Program-made: the position numbers and the translations under genes
Assembly: GCA_965209155.1 (NCBI GenBank)
Contig: OZ242383.1
Span: 2,432,001 to 2,496,000 of the forward strand
DNA from: a bacterium
GTDB taxonomy: Bacteria > SAR324 > NAC60-12
Reading direction: 5' to 3'
DNA: 64,000 nucleotides
Part shown: in pieces, positions 52,659 to 63,533 of the stretch
Layout: each line of letters opens with the position of its first letter
How positions within the stretch are numbered: the first letter of the stretch is position 1
Notes under the pieces: generated by a model
Database searches by the model: none
What the model saw: the letters and a program-made list of their open reading frames with translations, nothing else
What the model was told of the DNA's origin: nothing

Positions 52659-53894
52659 TTATCGTCGCAGAGCCAACGTAAGAGTCAGAGTTAAGACAGC
52701 GAGCACGAAACACAAGCACGCAAGTATAAGCGTGCCGCTCCAAAATCCACCGGTAACATCGGCAACGATACCAAGCATTAATGGGCCAAGAACGCCACCA
52801 ACCTCTCCGGCGGTAAAATAAAGCCCACCGACAGCACCCATACGGTTGGGGCCTAGCTGCCGGGCATCCATGAGGATCAGCATAATGATAGGCAGGATTC
52901 CCCGAGAGGCGGCGCCCTCTAGGATGAGTCCTATCATCAACCAAAGGCCTGATGCGTTGCCGATCACCAGAGCCGACACACCCGCAAGCGCAAAGATTAC
53001 CGCAAGCAGAGGGACTCTGATGTTGGGCTTTGCCAGAAAAGGGATCAACAGCGTAGCACCAATTCCAACCAGAATCGGCACCGTCGCCAAGTAGCCAGCA
53101 GAAGCCGCGGTCATGCCACGTTCACGAAGAATCTCGGGAAGCCAGTTGTTGAATCCGTGGCTGAACAGAAACGATCCCACGCTCATAAGAAGGGCGATCT
53201 GCACGACTCTGATTCGTAGAAGTTCGGGGAACACCTTCATACTCGTGATCAGAGACTTCGAAGGTTCGCCGCTGGAATTTCGATCGTCGGCATGTCTGGC
53301 AAGAAACCACCAGACCAAAGCAGTCACAAGGGCGAACCCGGCAAACGTTATTAAAGTGAATCGCCAGTTACCGCTATATAAAGGCATGAAAATGCTGTTG
53401 GCAGTTGCAAGGGCGAGGATGTGTCCAACAGCAGGTGCGGTCATGTATATGCCCATCGCAATACCGCGATTGGATTGGCTGAACCACGTAGCAACCAGCT
53501 TTGGAGCGCCAATAGATATGAAGGGGCCACCGACTCCGAATACCGCGACAGCCAGAAACAGTGTCGGGTAATCGACTGCAACAGCACGAAGTAATCCTGA
53601 AAGCGCGATCAATACAACACCGACAGCCAGCGATTTTCTTAGTCCGAACCTGTCTATGATGGCTCCGGCAGGGATCGCAACAAAGATGTAAATGAGGGGC
53701 CATGCACCAAGCACGCTGCCCATGGCCGACTGGCTCAGGTCTAGCTCATTGCTCACTGGGCCTACCAGAGGCGGGATGCCTCCCTGAACAAGACCAAACG
53801 AAAAGTAGGCCAGCCATATTCCACCAAGAACGATCCACCGATAAGATGCGCCCGAGTCTTTCGACTCTTTCGCTTCGTCTGATACAGAACTCAA
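52659..53894 (-). CDS. MFS transporter (CynX-like)
   Basis: About 12 hydrophobic helices; GAIIDRFGLRK motif A. Confidence 0.9.
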   Translation of the reverse strand: MSSVSDEAKESKDSGASYRWIVLGGIWLAYFSFGLVQGGIPPLVGPVSNELDLSQSAMGSVLGAWPLIYIFVAIPAGAIIDRFGLRKSLAVGVVLIALSGLLRAVAVDYPTLFLAVAVFGVGGPFISIGAPKLVATWFSQSNRGIAMGIYMTAPAVGHILALATANSIFMPLYSGNWRFTLITFAGFALVTALVWWFLARHADDRNSSGEPSKSLITSMKVFPELLRIRVVQIALLMSVGSFLFSHGFNNWLPEILRERGMTAASAGYLATVPILVGIGATLLIPFLAKPNIRVPLLAVIFALAGVSALVIGNASGLWLMIGLILEGAASRGILPIIMLILMDARQLGPNRMGAVGGLYFTAGEVGGVLGPLMLGIVADVTGGFWSGTLILACLCFVLAVLTLTLTLALRR

Positions 53895-54170
53895 ACCAAC
53901 TCAATCCTCTCCGATAACCGTTATCCGTGAAAAATGGCCTATCTATGCAACGCAGTAATTTACGCACTTTGCAGCATCTTTCAAATGCCAATTGACAGTT
54001 TATAAAATATTCCTCCCGATGATATGATGATTGTTCACAATAGTCATTAAACCACCAACCATCGGGAAGGAAAAACCTATGAAATTTATGAGACGTCCAG
54101 ATTTAGATACTCATACCTGGAGCATGTTAGGTGTACTCTTCTCAACGCTATGAAAGCGCTGCCCCATCGT

Positions 54171-54395
54171 TTATTCCGGATCAATTCCTGCTTTTTGGAG
54201 CAAAGCCCGCAACCGTTCATTTTCAGCTCGTTCCTGCTCTTTTTCAGGGAGGGCTTGCTCCAAGTTGGCCTTCGCTTGGGTAACCTCGGTTTGCCAGGTG
54301 GCATATTCTCTAGCAGCGTCTAAGCGGCTCTGGTAGAGATGATAGTTTTCTTCTTTTTCCGAAAATGCTCTCAATACTTCAGCGGCTTGTTGCAT
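54171..54395 (-). pseudogene. Orphan C-terminal portion of an Rpn/PD-(D/E)XK family protein
   Basis: MQQAAEVLRAFSEKEENYHLYQSR...ERLRALLQKAGIDP; no nuclease domain upstream. Confidence 0.6.
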
Positions 54396-54780
54396 CTCTG
54401 TGAAAAAAGGGGTCAAATCTTTTTTTGCTTTATCCAAAAGGTTTAAATGTTGTAAAAAAGGGGTCAAATCTTTCAATGGGGCTCAAAAAGGAATGGGGGT
54501 TGATTAAGACCATAAGGCACCAAATGGTACGCCCCAGAGATTTGAGCCGAAGGGCACGACATATTCTCCAGAGCATAGAACAAGGCCTATAAATGATTGG
54601 TTTCCGGCAAGATGTTGCTGAAACCACTCCAGATGCTTAAAACTTTTTTTGCCAGCGAGGGTAGAGTTTGTTCATCTAATTTTTCCCGCGTTTTTTATAA
54701 ATATATTCCGCGATTTTAATAACACGAGAGTCGTTTTTTTACAAGAAAATAATCCGCGATTTTATAAAAAGGAACTGTGC

Positions 54781-54891
54781 GGGCATCTTCAGAACACACG
54801 CCTCGTCGAGCTCGACTCGGGACACGCGCCGTACTTCGAGATGCCGGAGGTGTTCATCACGGTGTTGCGCGACTTTCTCAATAACGATTGA
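54781..54891 (+). pseudogene. Alpha/beta-hydrolase C-terminal fragment
   Basis: GC-rich stretch encoding LVELDSGHAPYFEMPEVF...LRDFL, joined abruptly to AT-rich DNA. Confidence 0.6.
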
Positions 54892-55037
54892 GCGGGTGCA
54901 TGCCTCTACGTCGGCCGCTTCCGCGTCGCTTCCGGTACGCCGATGCGGGCGCACCGACGGCTGGATTCAGGGATTCTCTCAAGGAGGTTACAAATTTAAT
55001 CTTCAAAATGGTATTGTGTCCCCCTGATTTTATTATC

Positions 55038-55475
55038 CTAAATTATCCAGTTTTCAATTGTTAATTGAGGATCAAATTCGATAAGAGCCGGGTAGAGATC
55101 ATCAGCACTCACAAGAATTAAATTTTCGGAAAGAGCTGTACTGGCGAGCATAATATCAATGTTATGCTTCCTCAAGTTTCTGTTGGTAATATTTCTTTTA
55201 TCCTTTAAAGATTTTTTGAGTTTTCCAAAAATAGTAGAGGCGTTTTCTGTTAAGGGGAGGATGATAAATTCTTTTTTCATATTTGCAATACTGATTGAAA
55301 CTCGTGAATTCTTGGATTCAGGAGTATTCGCTAAACTGTATTCCATTTCAAAAAGGGTGAGAATGGAAAGGTAATATGAATGGCCTTCCTGAATATGAGG
55401 TTTGATTTTGCTATGGTGGGGGGATTGTGGATCGTAAAGATAGCTGACAATATTGGTGTCGAGTAAATATCGCAT
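55038..55475 (-). CDS. vapC: PIN-domain (VapC-like) toxin
   Basis: YLLDTNIVS, SILTLFE, DIMLASTA, LVSAD. Confidence 0.88.
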   Translation of the reverse strand: MRYLLDTNIVSYLYDPQSPHHSKIKPHIQEGHSYYLSILTLFEMEYSLANTPESKNSRVSISIANMKKEFIILPLTENASTIFGKLKKSLKDKRNITNRNLRKHNIDIMLASTALSENLILVSADDLYPALIEFDPQLTIENWII

Positions 55476-55487
55476 GAAGGAGATGGT

Positions 55488-55736
55488 TTATTTGTCATGA
55501 TTGAAAAAAAAATTATCTCTGAACTCTTTGACATTGCTATTGATTTCTTCAGACATACCCTCCAAATTGTATTCTGGATCATTGACGGCTTTTAAGATTC
55601 GTTTCGCTTGAGAAAGACCAGAATCTTTGACTTGAGTTTTAAGGCTAATCCCAAACATCTGTTCAAGTTCTTCAATCGGCATGGATTCAATTTTTTTAAC
55701 AAGTTCAGGACTGAAATCATTTCTTCTGATCTGCAT
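55488..55736 (-). CDS. Putative antitoxin upstream of the PIN gene
   Basis: Small ORF with AGAGG SD; KEFRDNFFF tail; position directly upstream of the toxin. Confidence 0.6.
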   Translation of the reverse strand: MQIRRNDFSPELVKKIESMPIEELEQMFGISLKTQVKDSGLSQAKRILKAVNDPEYNLEGMSEEINSNVKEFRDNFFFNHDK

Positions 55737-55932
55737 AGTGCCTCTTTTTAGGGTTTGTTCTGCCATGATTATAAAGTTATTTTGTACGCTAATAGTACAC
55801 GTTTTCCTGATAGGAAGCAAATAATTAATCTCATTAAACCACCAGCTCTGCTGGTGCGAACCTAATAGGCTTTGCCGGTCAGACATGAGAAACGTATCCG
55901 TGTCCGTGAGCCGTGCTCGTGCTCGTGAACGG

Positions 55933-56280
55933 TCAGTGAATTCGACGGCACATTTTGGTTAACATAGAAACAATGCGATGAAGTAACTGTTTTCCTTCGT
56001 CAAATAAAGGAGGCTGGATGATCTTCAACACGTTTAAAACATCGAGAATAGCAGCGCATTCCATTGCGGAACCTCGGGCAAATGCATAGAATCGTTGCTT
56101 GTCAGCAAAGGAATTTTTTCCACAGCCTTCTGCGATATTGAGAGGAATCGACCATGAGGCCCTTTTCAGTTGGTCAACTAAGGCTGAGTATCCTTTTGGC
56201 AATGTTTCGATGACTTGGACAGATAACGCTAAAAATTCGATGGAACATTGGTATACATCGAGTTTTTCATGATCTAACAT
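55933..56280 (-). CDS. Four-helix-bundle protein (23S rRNA IVP family)
   Basis: HEKLDVYQ, DQLKRASWSIPLNIAEG, ARGSAMEC. Confidence 0.92.
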   Translation of the reverse strand: MLDHEKLDVYQCSIEFLALSVQVIETLPKGYSALVDQLKRASWSIPLNIAEGCGKNSFADKQRFYAFARGSAMECAAILDVLNVLKIIQPPLFDEGKQLLHRIVSMLTKMCRRIH

Positions 56281-56358
56281 GGCAGCCTTTTTCGTTCACG
56301 AGCACGAGCACGTCTTACGATGACGAACACGTTTTGCCCTCATACTGGGGGCCTCTTC

Positions 56359-56448
56359 AAGCCACCGGCTCTGCCGGTGGTGATGACTGAAATATCACTG
56401 TTGTATCATGTTGTCTGTTCAGCGAAGTATCGTCGAGTGGTCTTCAGA
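56359..56448 (+). mobile_element. IS200/IS605-type relic: end hairpin plus tnpA N-terminal fragment
   Basis: AAGCCACCGGCTCTGCCGGTGG hairpin; 56398-56445 encodes LLYHVVCSAKYRRVVF. Confidence 0.7.
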
Positions 56449-56684
56449 GAGGGATGAAGTTTCTGTGATGGAAGAAGTTTTATTTTTCTTGCGTTAAATC
56501 ATCTGAAAGGTTATACCAATCTAAAATTTACAATCCAAAATATCTATTAAATCATCTTTGCGAATGACATCGTAGGAGGGATGAAGTTTCTGTGCTGGAA
56601 AATGTATAATTTTCTTGCGTTAAATCATCTGAAAGGTTATACCAATCTAAAATTTACAATCCAAAATATCTATTAAATCATCTT
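56449..56684 (+). repeat. Tandem duplication of a ~110-bp AT-rich promoter-like unit
   Basis: 56449-56558 is near-identical to 56576-56684; each holds TTGCGT-17 bp-TATACC and two TTAAATCATCT. Confidence 0.85.
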
Positions 56685-56686
56685 AG

Positions 56687-59600
56687 ATGTGGGAGCGCCA
56701 AGTGGATGAAACAACTCAAGCTCATGCCTTTCATAAGATCCAAAAGCTGTTTTCGAACGATGAAGTCTGTCGCAATCACCTCTTCCAACTGCGTTGGCCA
56801 GCCGGTTATGTGTGCTCCCTCTGTGGTAGTCACCGTTACGATACCCTGAAAAAACGTCAATTGCTGCAATGCAGAAACTGTAAACACCAGACTTCGATCA
56901 TCGCGGGAACTTTGATGCACCGGACTCGGACTCCGTTGCGCTACTGGTTTTGGGGGATTTATTATGTGGCGGCATGCAATGGGGAGACGACAGCTCAACA
57001 ACTGTCAGAAAAAATCGGAATAAATTACTATTCCGCCCGGAGAATGCTGGGAAAAATCCACGAAATCGAAAAGGACCAGGGCTTCCTGGGGGATCTGCTG
57101 AAAAGCTTCAAAATGCCTGTACGGTCCAAGGAAGAAATCTTCACTAGACCGGGAATGGGAACGCCACCCAGGCCAATAAAAGAGCCAACGATTCCCAACA
57201 GGAAAAAACCGGAGATTCCAGGTTATTTGCTGGAGGAGGTCATTTTTGAAAGTGGGCGGACCTGGCTCTGGCGTGGCAGGCGGCAAAGGGACGGGCTTTC
57301 GGTCCTGATCAAGGGATCGTTTCCCGAGCAGAGTGCGCAGGAGCTGGCGGAAATACGGCACGAGTATGAGATCACCCGGGATCTGGAGATCGATGGGGTC
57401 CTCAAGGCAGAGAAAGTGGTACAATATGAAAATGGATCGGTCTTGATCCTGGAAAACACGGAAGGGATTCCTTTAAGAAAGCTGATGGATACCGCGCGGC
57501 TCGACCTGCCGGACTCGCTGAAGGTAGCGCTTTCACTGACCAGCACCCTCAAAGAAGTGCACCAGCAGGGCCTCCTGCATAAAATGATCAATCCGTTGAA
57601 CATTTTTGTCGATCCGGCATCGGGGACGGTCAAACTGAGCGGCTTCGGCCTGGCCACCCGGCTTTCACGGGAAAATTTGGCGACGTTGGGTCCCCAGCTT
57701 AGCGGGGAAACCCTGCCCTATATCTCCCCCGAACAGACCGGCCGGATGAACCGCCCCCTCGATTATCGCAGTGATTTTTATTCCCTGGGCGTCACCCTTT
57801 ACGAACTTTTTACAGGGAGAGTGCCATTCCAATCCCGGGAGGTCATGGAAATCATCCACGCTCACATTGCCCGGCAGACCCCGCCTCCTGACGAGATTGA
57901 ACCGCAAATACCCAGAGTCCTTTCCCGCCTGGTGATGAAACTGATTGCCAAGCGTGCCGAGGCGCGCTACCAGAGTCACTCGGGCCTGACAGCCGATCTG
58001 CTGGCATGTCTGGAGCAGCTCGAAAACCAGGTGAGCCTGTCCGACTTTCCCCTGGCTCGCCTGGACATTCCTAAAGAACTGCAGATCGCCCCGGGGCATT
58101 ACGGTCGGGAGGATGAAATCATCGCCCTGGAAGGCACCCTGGAGCGAGTCAGCCAGGGAGCGACCGAGATGGTGCTGGTCTCGGGAACTGCTGGTGTCGG
58201 AAAAACCGCCCTGGTCGGTGAAATTCACCGGTCTGTTGCCCAAAAAAACGGTTATCTCATTTCCGGCAAGTTTGACCAGCTCCGGCACAATATCCCCTAC
58301 AGCGCCCTGATCCAGGCGCTGCGGGGACTTATCCGGGAGGTATTGGCCGAAGGCCAATCTGGAATGGAGCGTTGGAAAAGCAGGATACGGGCAGCCCTGG
58401 GCCCCAATGGACAACTGATGACCCGGGTGATCCCGGAACTGGAACAGGTGATCGGCCCGCAACCCCCGCTGCCGGAAATGGGTGCGCTGGAGGCCCGGAA
58501 CCGCTTCACTGCCGTTTTACTGGATTTCATCTCTGTTTTCTGTGAAAAAACCCATCCCCTGGTTATTTTTCTGGACGACTTGCAGTGGGTGGACGCCGAT
58601 ACCCTCAAGCTGGTGGAACGGATCGCTCAGGATCCGGAGAGGAAACCTCTGCTTTTCCTGGGAGCCTATCGCGACAACGAGGTGGAGGCCGATCACCGGT
58701 TGTCGATCAGTTGTGAGGTGATCAAAAAAACTGGCCAGCCGCTGCAAACGATCCTCTTAAAACCCCTGACCCCGGAGAACATCTCACAACTGCTCGTCCA
58801 TACCTGCCACTGCCGTCCTGAGGAGGCCAAACCGCTGGCCGAGGTTCTGGTGCGCAAAACCGGCGGCAATCCTTTCTTTGTGAGCCAGTTCTTGACCGTA
58901 CTCTCCGAGAAGGAGCTGATCCGCTACTCCCCTGAGGAAAAACGATGGATCTGGGATCTGGCTGCCATCGAATTCCTGGCGGTGACCGAGAATGTGGTGA
59001 CGTTGCTGGTTGACCGGCTCCACCGGTTTTCCGCTGAAACCAGGCGACTCTTAAGCCTGGCGGCCTGCATCGGCAATACCTTTGACCTGGAATCGTTGGA
59101 ACTGATCAGCGGAGAAGGAAGGGGGGAGCTTTATGAGAACCTGTTGCCGGCCCTGGAAAACGGGTTGATCCTCGGTTTTTCCCAGTCCCCGCAGCCGGAT
59201 AATCTCCCGGACGGAGCGCGCGCGGAGAGCGGCAGCTTCAAATTTTTGCATGACCGGGTGCAGCAGGCTGCCTATGCCCTCATTACCCAAAAGGAAAGAC
59301 CGCCGGTCCATCTTCAAATCGGTCAGACCCTGCTCGAGCAATACGCTCCGGAGAAAGGTGAAGATCTGCTTTTTGACATCGTCCACCATCTCAACCTGGC
59401 CCGGAGGGTGAAGGATAAATGGAAAGACCGATCGCGTCTGGCAGAACTCAACCTGGAAGCCGGTCTTAAGGCCAGGGCGGCTTCGGCTTTTGAACAGGCC
59501 CTGGAATACTTTACCATCGGCCTGGAGCTTTTAGGGGTTGCCGCCTGGAAACGGCAATACTCCCTGGCCTTATCCCTGCACGAAGCAGCCACGGAGATGT

Positions 59601-62600
59601 CATCGCTCTGCGGCCGCTTCGAGTTGATGGAGAAGCTGGCGGGTGCCGTAAAAGACCACGCCCGAGCGGACCCGGACCTGGTCAATGTTTATCGATGCCG
59701 GATCCAGGCGTACACCACCCAGGGCGAATTAAAAAAGGCACAGGAAACGGGCGAGGAAATTCTGGAAAAATTGGGGTATCAACTGAGCCGTCAGTCTCTC
59801 GACCAGTGGCAGCAGACCCTCGTTCAAATCAAACCCGGCCTGGCCGGTAAAAGCGTCGCGGACGTGATGCGCTTTGAGCCGCTCACCCAACCGGATGCCG
59901 AGGTCCTGGTCCCTATCCTCTATGAACTCCATTTGGCCTATGGCGAGGTTGGTGCTACTTTGGATGACGGTCTTTGGCAGCCCATCGCTTCAAAACGTAT
60001 CTCTTTACTGCTCAATCATTTTCATCCGCAATATTCACCCGAATTCTATATTCAACTTGGATTTATATATTACGCGTATATGCAGGATTTTGAATTTGGT
60101 TATGAACTCGGTCGTCTGGGCATAAAGCTCATGGAAGCGCTTGATCTGAAGGAAATAAACTGTAGAGTTTCCGGGGGTTTCAACGGCTATACCCGGTTCT
60201 ACCGGGAGCCGCTATCGGCCTCATTGGAGCCCTTGCTGGAAACTCATAAGATGGGAATCGAAACGGGAAATTTCGTCAATGCCGGTCAAAGCGCCGTCGT
60301 AAGGTGTCGTTTAGCGTTTATTTGCGGAAAGGAGCTGAATTGGCTGAAAGGGGAATTATCGACGCTGAAGCTTGCTCTCAAGAAGATCGATTATATTATC
60401 GGGTCTCGCCATGCCGAAATGCTGACGAAGGCGGTCACGATTCTGATGGAGGAGCCTTCGAGCCTGTCGAGCGGCATCATGGATCAATACCATAGTGTGT
60501 CAAGTGCGGAGTACGTATATCAGGAACAGAGCAGTTTTAATTACCAAAAGCTGGTGCTGCAAATCCTGTTCGAAGAATACGAAGCAGCCCGTGAGACAGT
60601 TTTTGAAATGATCAACCTGATGAAAACCTACAAGGATGCCCTGATTGATCCCCTGGCCAACTGCTACCTCTCCCTCGCTCTCCTGGCGGTTTGCGGCCAG
60701 GTGCATGAGAGGGAAAAGGAGGAAATCCTCACCCAAGTCGATGACAATCAGGAGACGTTGGAGAAACTGGCGCGCAGTGCTCCGCCTAATTACCGGCACA
60801 AGCATCACTTGGTGGAAGCCGAGCGGATGCGGGTTTTGGATGGCAACCCCGATATCATTATGCACCACTATGACCAGGCCATCGCTTTGGCCAGAGAGAG
60901 CGAATTTATCCACGAGGAAGCCCTGGCCAATGAACTGGCAGCCAGGTACTTGCTCAACCAGGGGCAGAACGACGACGCCAGGGCTTACCTGCGCTCAGCA
61001 ATGGAGCAGTACGAAGCCTGGGGGGCAAAACGGAAGGTCGCCCACCTGAAGTCTCGATATCCCGGCTTGATTGTCGATGATCGTGCTGAAGCGGCGTCTC
61101 CTTCGGCCAACCTGGATCTGGGGACGATGCTCAAAGCCTCGGAAGCCATCTCCAGTACCCTCGAGTTGGAACCGCTGCTAGAGATCCTGCTTGGCATTCT
61201 CATAGAAAATGCCGGGGCTCAGACAGCAGCCCTGATACTGGAAACCGAAGGTCAGTCTCTCATCGCTGCCCGCGGGAGTGCCGAACAAGTCGAATGTTTT
61301 CTACCGCTTTCCCTGCCTGTGGAAAAGGCCGAATCCCTCTCCCTCTCGGTCATCTCCTGGGTGAAACAAACCCGGGAACACCTGGTTTTGGACAACGCCT
61401 CCCGCGAGGAACGGTTTGTCGAGGATGACTATATTAAACGGGAGCGCCCCAAATCCATCCTGTGCGCACCGATCACTCACAAGACATCTTTGAACGGAAT
61501 CATTTACCTGGAAAATAACCTGGTTGAGGGAGCCTTCACCTCCCGGCGATTCGAGGTGGTCAAGCACCTTATCTCCCAGATCGCCATTTCCCTGGAAAAT
61601 GCCAGGCTTCACGAAAACCTCAAAAAGGCGATGGACGATCTGAAAGCGAGCGAAACCTCCCTGCGTGAGGAAAATGTCCGCCTGAAGGCCAATATCAAGG
61701 AGCGTTATCGCTTCGGAAAGATCATCGGCAAAAGCCCCGTGATGCAGGAGATTTATGAATTGATCTTAAAGGCGGCGGCTAGCAATGCGGGTGTCATTGT
61801 CTATGGTGAATCAGGGACCGGTAAAGAATTGGTGGCTGAAGCCATCCATAAGATGAGTGATAGAAAAGAAAAACCCTTTGTTCCCGTCAACGCTGGTGCT
61901 GTTCCGGAAACCCTCTTGGAAAGCGAGTTTTTCGGCTACAAAAAAGGGGCCTTTACCGGAGCCAATGCGGATAAGCGCGGCCTGCTCCAACAGGCAGACA
62001 AAGGCACGCTTTTCCTGGATGAATTGAGTGAAATCGGCCCCAACCTGCAAGCCAAACTGCTGCGTGCTATTGAGGGTGGAGGGTTCACACCAGTGGGCGG
62101 ACTTGAAGCGGAAACCTCCGATTTTCGCATCATTGCTGCCACCAATCAGGATTTAAAACAACAAATGAAAAAAGGATTGATGCGGAAGGATTTCTTCTAC
62201 CGCATCCACATTATCCCCATTCACTTGCCGCCTCTCCGGGAACGTAAAGAGGACATCCCCCTGTTGATCGAGCATTTTATGCAAAACTACTCCCCCTCAA
62301 AGAACCTGCCCACAATCACTGCCGCTGTCATGGAAGCTCTGACTTCCTATGATTGGCCGGGAAACGTCAGGGAACTGATCAACACAATGCATCGCTACCT
62401 GACGCTCGAGAAACTCGACTTCCTCGATTCCTCTTTAATCGATGCCAGCCAAACAGAACCGCCGGTCCCGGTTGAGGTGCGTGAAACCAATGAACCCTTG
62501 GATGCCACTGTGAAGCGACACGAAAAATTGTATTTGATCAAGGTGCTGGAAGATAATGACTGGCAACAGAGCAAAGTTTCAGCCCTTCTCGGGGTTGATC

Positions 62601-62650
62601 GTAAAACCTTATATCGAAAAATAAACCAATACCATCTCAAACCTTCATAA
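56687..62650 (+). CDS. Giant sigma54 activator, copy 2: IS1595 transposase Zn-ribbon/HTH + pseudokinase + STAND-type ATPase + helical/TPR + GAF + bEBP AAA+ + Fis HTH
   Basis: FSNDEVC...RWP.G..CSLCG...[20 protein letters not shown]; the remainder is near-identical to copy 1; GTG 56702 is an alternative start. Confidence 0.92.
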   Translation: MWERQVDETTQAHAFHKIQKLFSNDEVCRNHLFQLRWPAGYVCSLCGSHRYDTLKKRQLLQCRNCKHQTSIIAGTLMHRTRTPLRYWFWGIYYVAACNGETTAQQLSEKIGINYYSARRMLGKIHEIEKDQGFLGDLLKSFKMPVRSKEEIFTRPGMGTPPRPIKEPTIPNRKKPEIPGYLLEEVIFESGRTWLWRGRRQRDGLSVLIKGSFPEQSAQELAEIRHEYEITRDLEIDGVLKAEKVVQYENGSVLILENTEGIPLRKLMDTARLDLPDSLKVALSLTSTLKEVHQQGLLHKMINPLNIFVDPASGTVKLSGFGLATRLSRENLATLGPQLSGETLPYISPEQTGRMNRPLDYRSDFYSLGVTLYELFTGRVPFQSREVMEIIHAHIARQTPPPDEIEPQIPRVLSRLVMKLIAKRAEARYQSHSGLTADLLACLEQLENQVSLSDFPLARLDIPKELQIAPGHYGREDEIIALEGTLERVSQGATEMVLVSGTAGVGKTALVGEIHRSVAQKNGYLISGKFDQLRHNIPYSALIQALRGLIREVLAEGQSGMERWKSRIRAALGPNGQLMTRVIPELEQVIGPQPPLPEMGALEARNRFTAVLLDFISVFCEKTHPLVIFLDDLQWVDADTLKLVERIAQDPERKPLLFLGAYRDNEVEADHRLSISCEVIKKTGQPLQTILLKPLTPENISQLLVHTCHCRPEEAKPLAEVLVRKTGGNPFFVSQFLTVLSEKELIRYSPEEKRWIWDLAAIEFLAVTENVVTLLVDRLHRFSAETRRLLSLAACIGNTFDLESLELISGEGRGELYENLLPALENGLILGFSQSPQPDNLPDGARAESGSFKFLHDRVQQAAYALITQKERPPVHLQIGQTLLEQYAPEKGEDLLFDIVHHLNLARRVKDKWKDRSRLAELNLEAGLKARAASAFEQALEYFTIGLELLGVAAWKRQYSLALSLHEAATEMSSLCGRFELMEKLAGAVKDHARADPDLVNVYRCRIQAYTTQGELKKAQETGEEILEKLGYQLSRQSLDQWQQTLVQIKPGLAGKSVADVMRFEPLTQPDAEVLVPILYELHLAYGEVGATLDDGLWQPIASKRISLLLNHFHPQYSPEFYIQLGFIYYAYMQDFEFGYELGRLGIKLMEALDLKEINCRVSGGFNGYTRFYREPLSASLEPLLETHKMGIETGNFVNAGQSAVVRCRLAFICGKELNWLKGELSTLKLALKKIDYIIGSRHAEMLTKAVTILMEEPSSLSSGIMDQYHSVSSAEYVYQEQSSFNYQKLVLQILFEEYEAARETVFEMINLMKTYKDALIDPLANCYLSLALLAVCGQVHEREKEEILTQVDDNQETLEKLARSAPPNYRHKHHLVEAERMRVLDGNPDIIMHHYDQAIALARESEFIHEEALANELAARYLLNQGQNDDARAYLRSAMEQYEAWGAKRKVAHLKSRYPGLIVDDRAEAASPSANLDLGTMLKASEAISSTLELEPLLEILLGILIENAGAQTAALILETEGQSLIAARGSAEQVECFLPLSLPVEKAESLSLSVISWVKQTREHLVLDNASREERFVEDDYIKRERPKSILCAPITHKTSLNGIIYLENNLVEGAFTSRRFEVVKHLISQIAISLENARLHENLKKAMDDLKASETSLREENVRLKANIKERYRFGKIIGKSPVMQEIYELILKAAASNAGVIVYGESGTGKELVAEAIHKMSDRKEKPFVPVNAGAVPETLLESEFFGYKKGAFTGANADKRGLLQQADKGTLFLDELSEIGPNLQAKLLRAIEGGGFTPVGGLEAETSDFRIIAATNQDLKQQMKKGLMRKDFFYRIHIIPIHLPPLRERKEDIPLLIEHFMQNYSPSKNLPTITAAVMEALTSYDWPGNVRELINTMHRYLTLEKLDFLDSSLIDASQTEPPVPVEVRETNEPLDATVKRHEKLYLIKVLEDNDWQQSKVSALLGVDRKTLYRKINQYHLKPS

Positions 62651-62690
62651 AGGGAAGATGGTTTTGATGGGGCTCTGGCAGTAAAAGGCG

Positions 62691-63533
62691 TCAAGGCTTT
62701 TTTTGCTTTAAAGTATCCAAATAACGTTGTATATCCTTGAGAGAGTAATTTTTTAAAACCTCTTCTGGGGGCACGCCTGCTAATCGTTCTTCAAGAGAAG
62801 TATGGGCTAAGACAAATTTTTCCCATTTTTTCCCTTCCTCAATGAGCTCATCCGGGGTGAGTTCTTCTCTGTCTGACATATTCCTTCCTTTCTGAAGTAG
62901 TAAACGTTGGGCTAATCCTTCTAACAACCAACTCAGCGTTTTAGAGGTTTTTTGGATTTGACCGTGTTCAATGATTTCAAAAGCCTTTCGTTGTTCTTTT
63001 TTTCGACTGGCAAAGCATTTCAGCGGAGCGTTATAGGCGGTGTTTTCCAATTCATTGAGCACAATGAGATCAATGGCTTCTAGAAACACATTCTTGCTGT
63101 GATACACTCCCGTGTGATTGGTAGTAGCATATCCGAAATCCCTTAATGTTTGAGCGTGAGGAGTTTTGCTACTGACCACAAACGCTTGTAATTGACGCTT
63201 GGGTATTTTTTTAGCACGTTGATAGAAACTATAATAACTGATTATCTGAAAAAAAGCATCTTTGTTGGTGGATTGAGAATATTTGAACTCAATCAAAATA
63301 TGAGAAGCGTGGGTTTGTCGGATGCCATCGGGCAATCGTTCTTTTTGGGTCTGGTTCCACTGATTTTTGGTATTTCGGATTAAGAGAATATCGGCTTCAG
63401 GGGGATCGTTTGAGAGGGGAAATTCAAGATTGACGGTGATGTTGACCGGAATGAGCCATTCCTCCAGCATTTTACCCAAGATACGATGCCAGCGAGTTTT
63501 TGGATAGGGTTGGGGCATAATAATATTGCTCAA
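62691..63533 (-). CDS. Rpn-like PD-(D/E)XK nuclease-fold protein
   Basis: PPEADILLIR...ILIEFK, LIVLNEL..TAYNA, C-terminal EERLAGVPPEE. Confidence 0.65.
   Translation of the reverse strand: MSNIIMPQPYPKTRWHRILGKMLEEWLIPVNITVNLEFPLSNDPPEADILLIRNTKNQWNQTQKERLPDGIRQTHASHILIEFKYSQSTNKDAFFQIISYYSFYQRAKKIPKRQLQAFVVSSKTPHAQTLRDFGYATTNHTGVYHSKNVFLEAIDLIVLNELENTAYNAPLKCFASRKKEQRKAFEIIEHGQIQKTSKTLSWLLEGLAQRLLLQKGRNMSDREELTPDELIEEGKKWEKFVLAHTSLEERLAGVPPEEVLKNYSLKDIQRYLDTLKQKKP

Noticed and set aside
55933..56280. Four-helix-bundle gene as the Avd of a diversity-generating retroelement
   Set aside because: There is no reverse transcriptase, and differences between the duplicated activators are not adenine-specific.
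56687..57065. Intact IS1595 element
   Set aside because: No DDE domain, paired terminal repeats or target duplication could be seen.
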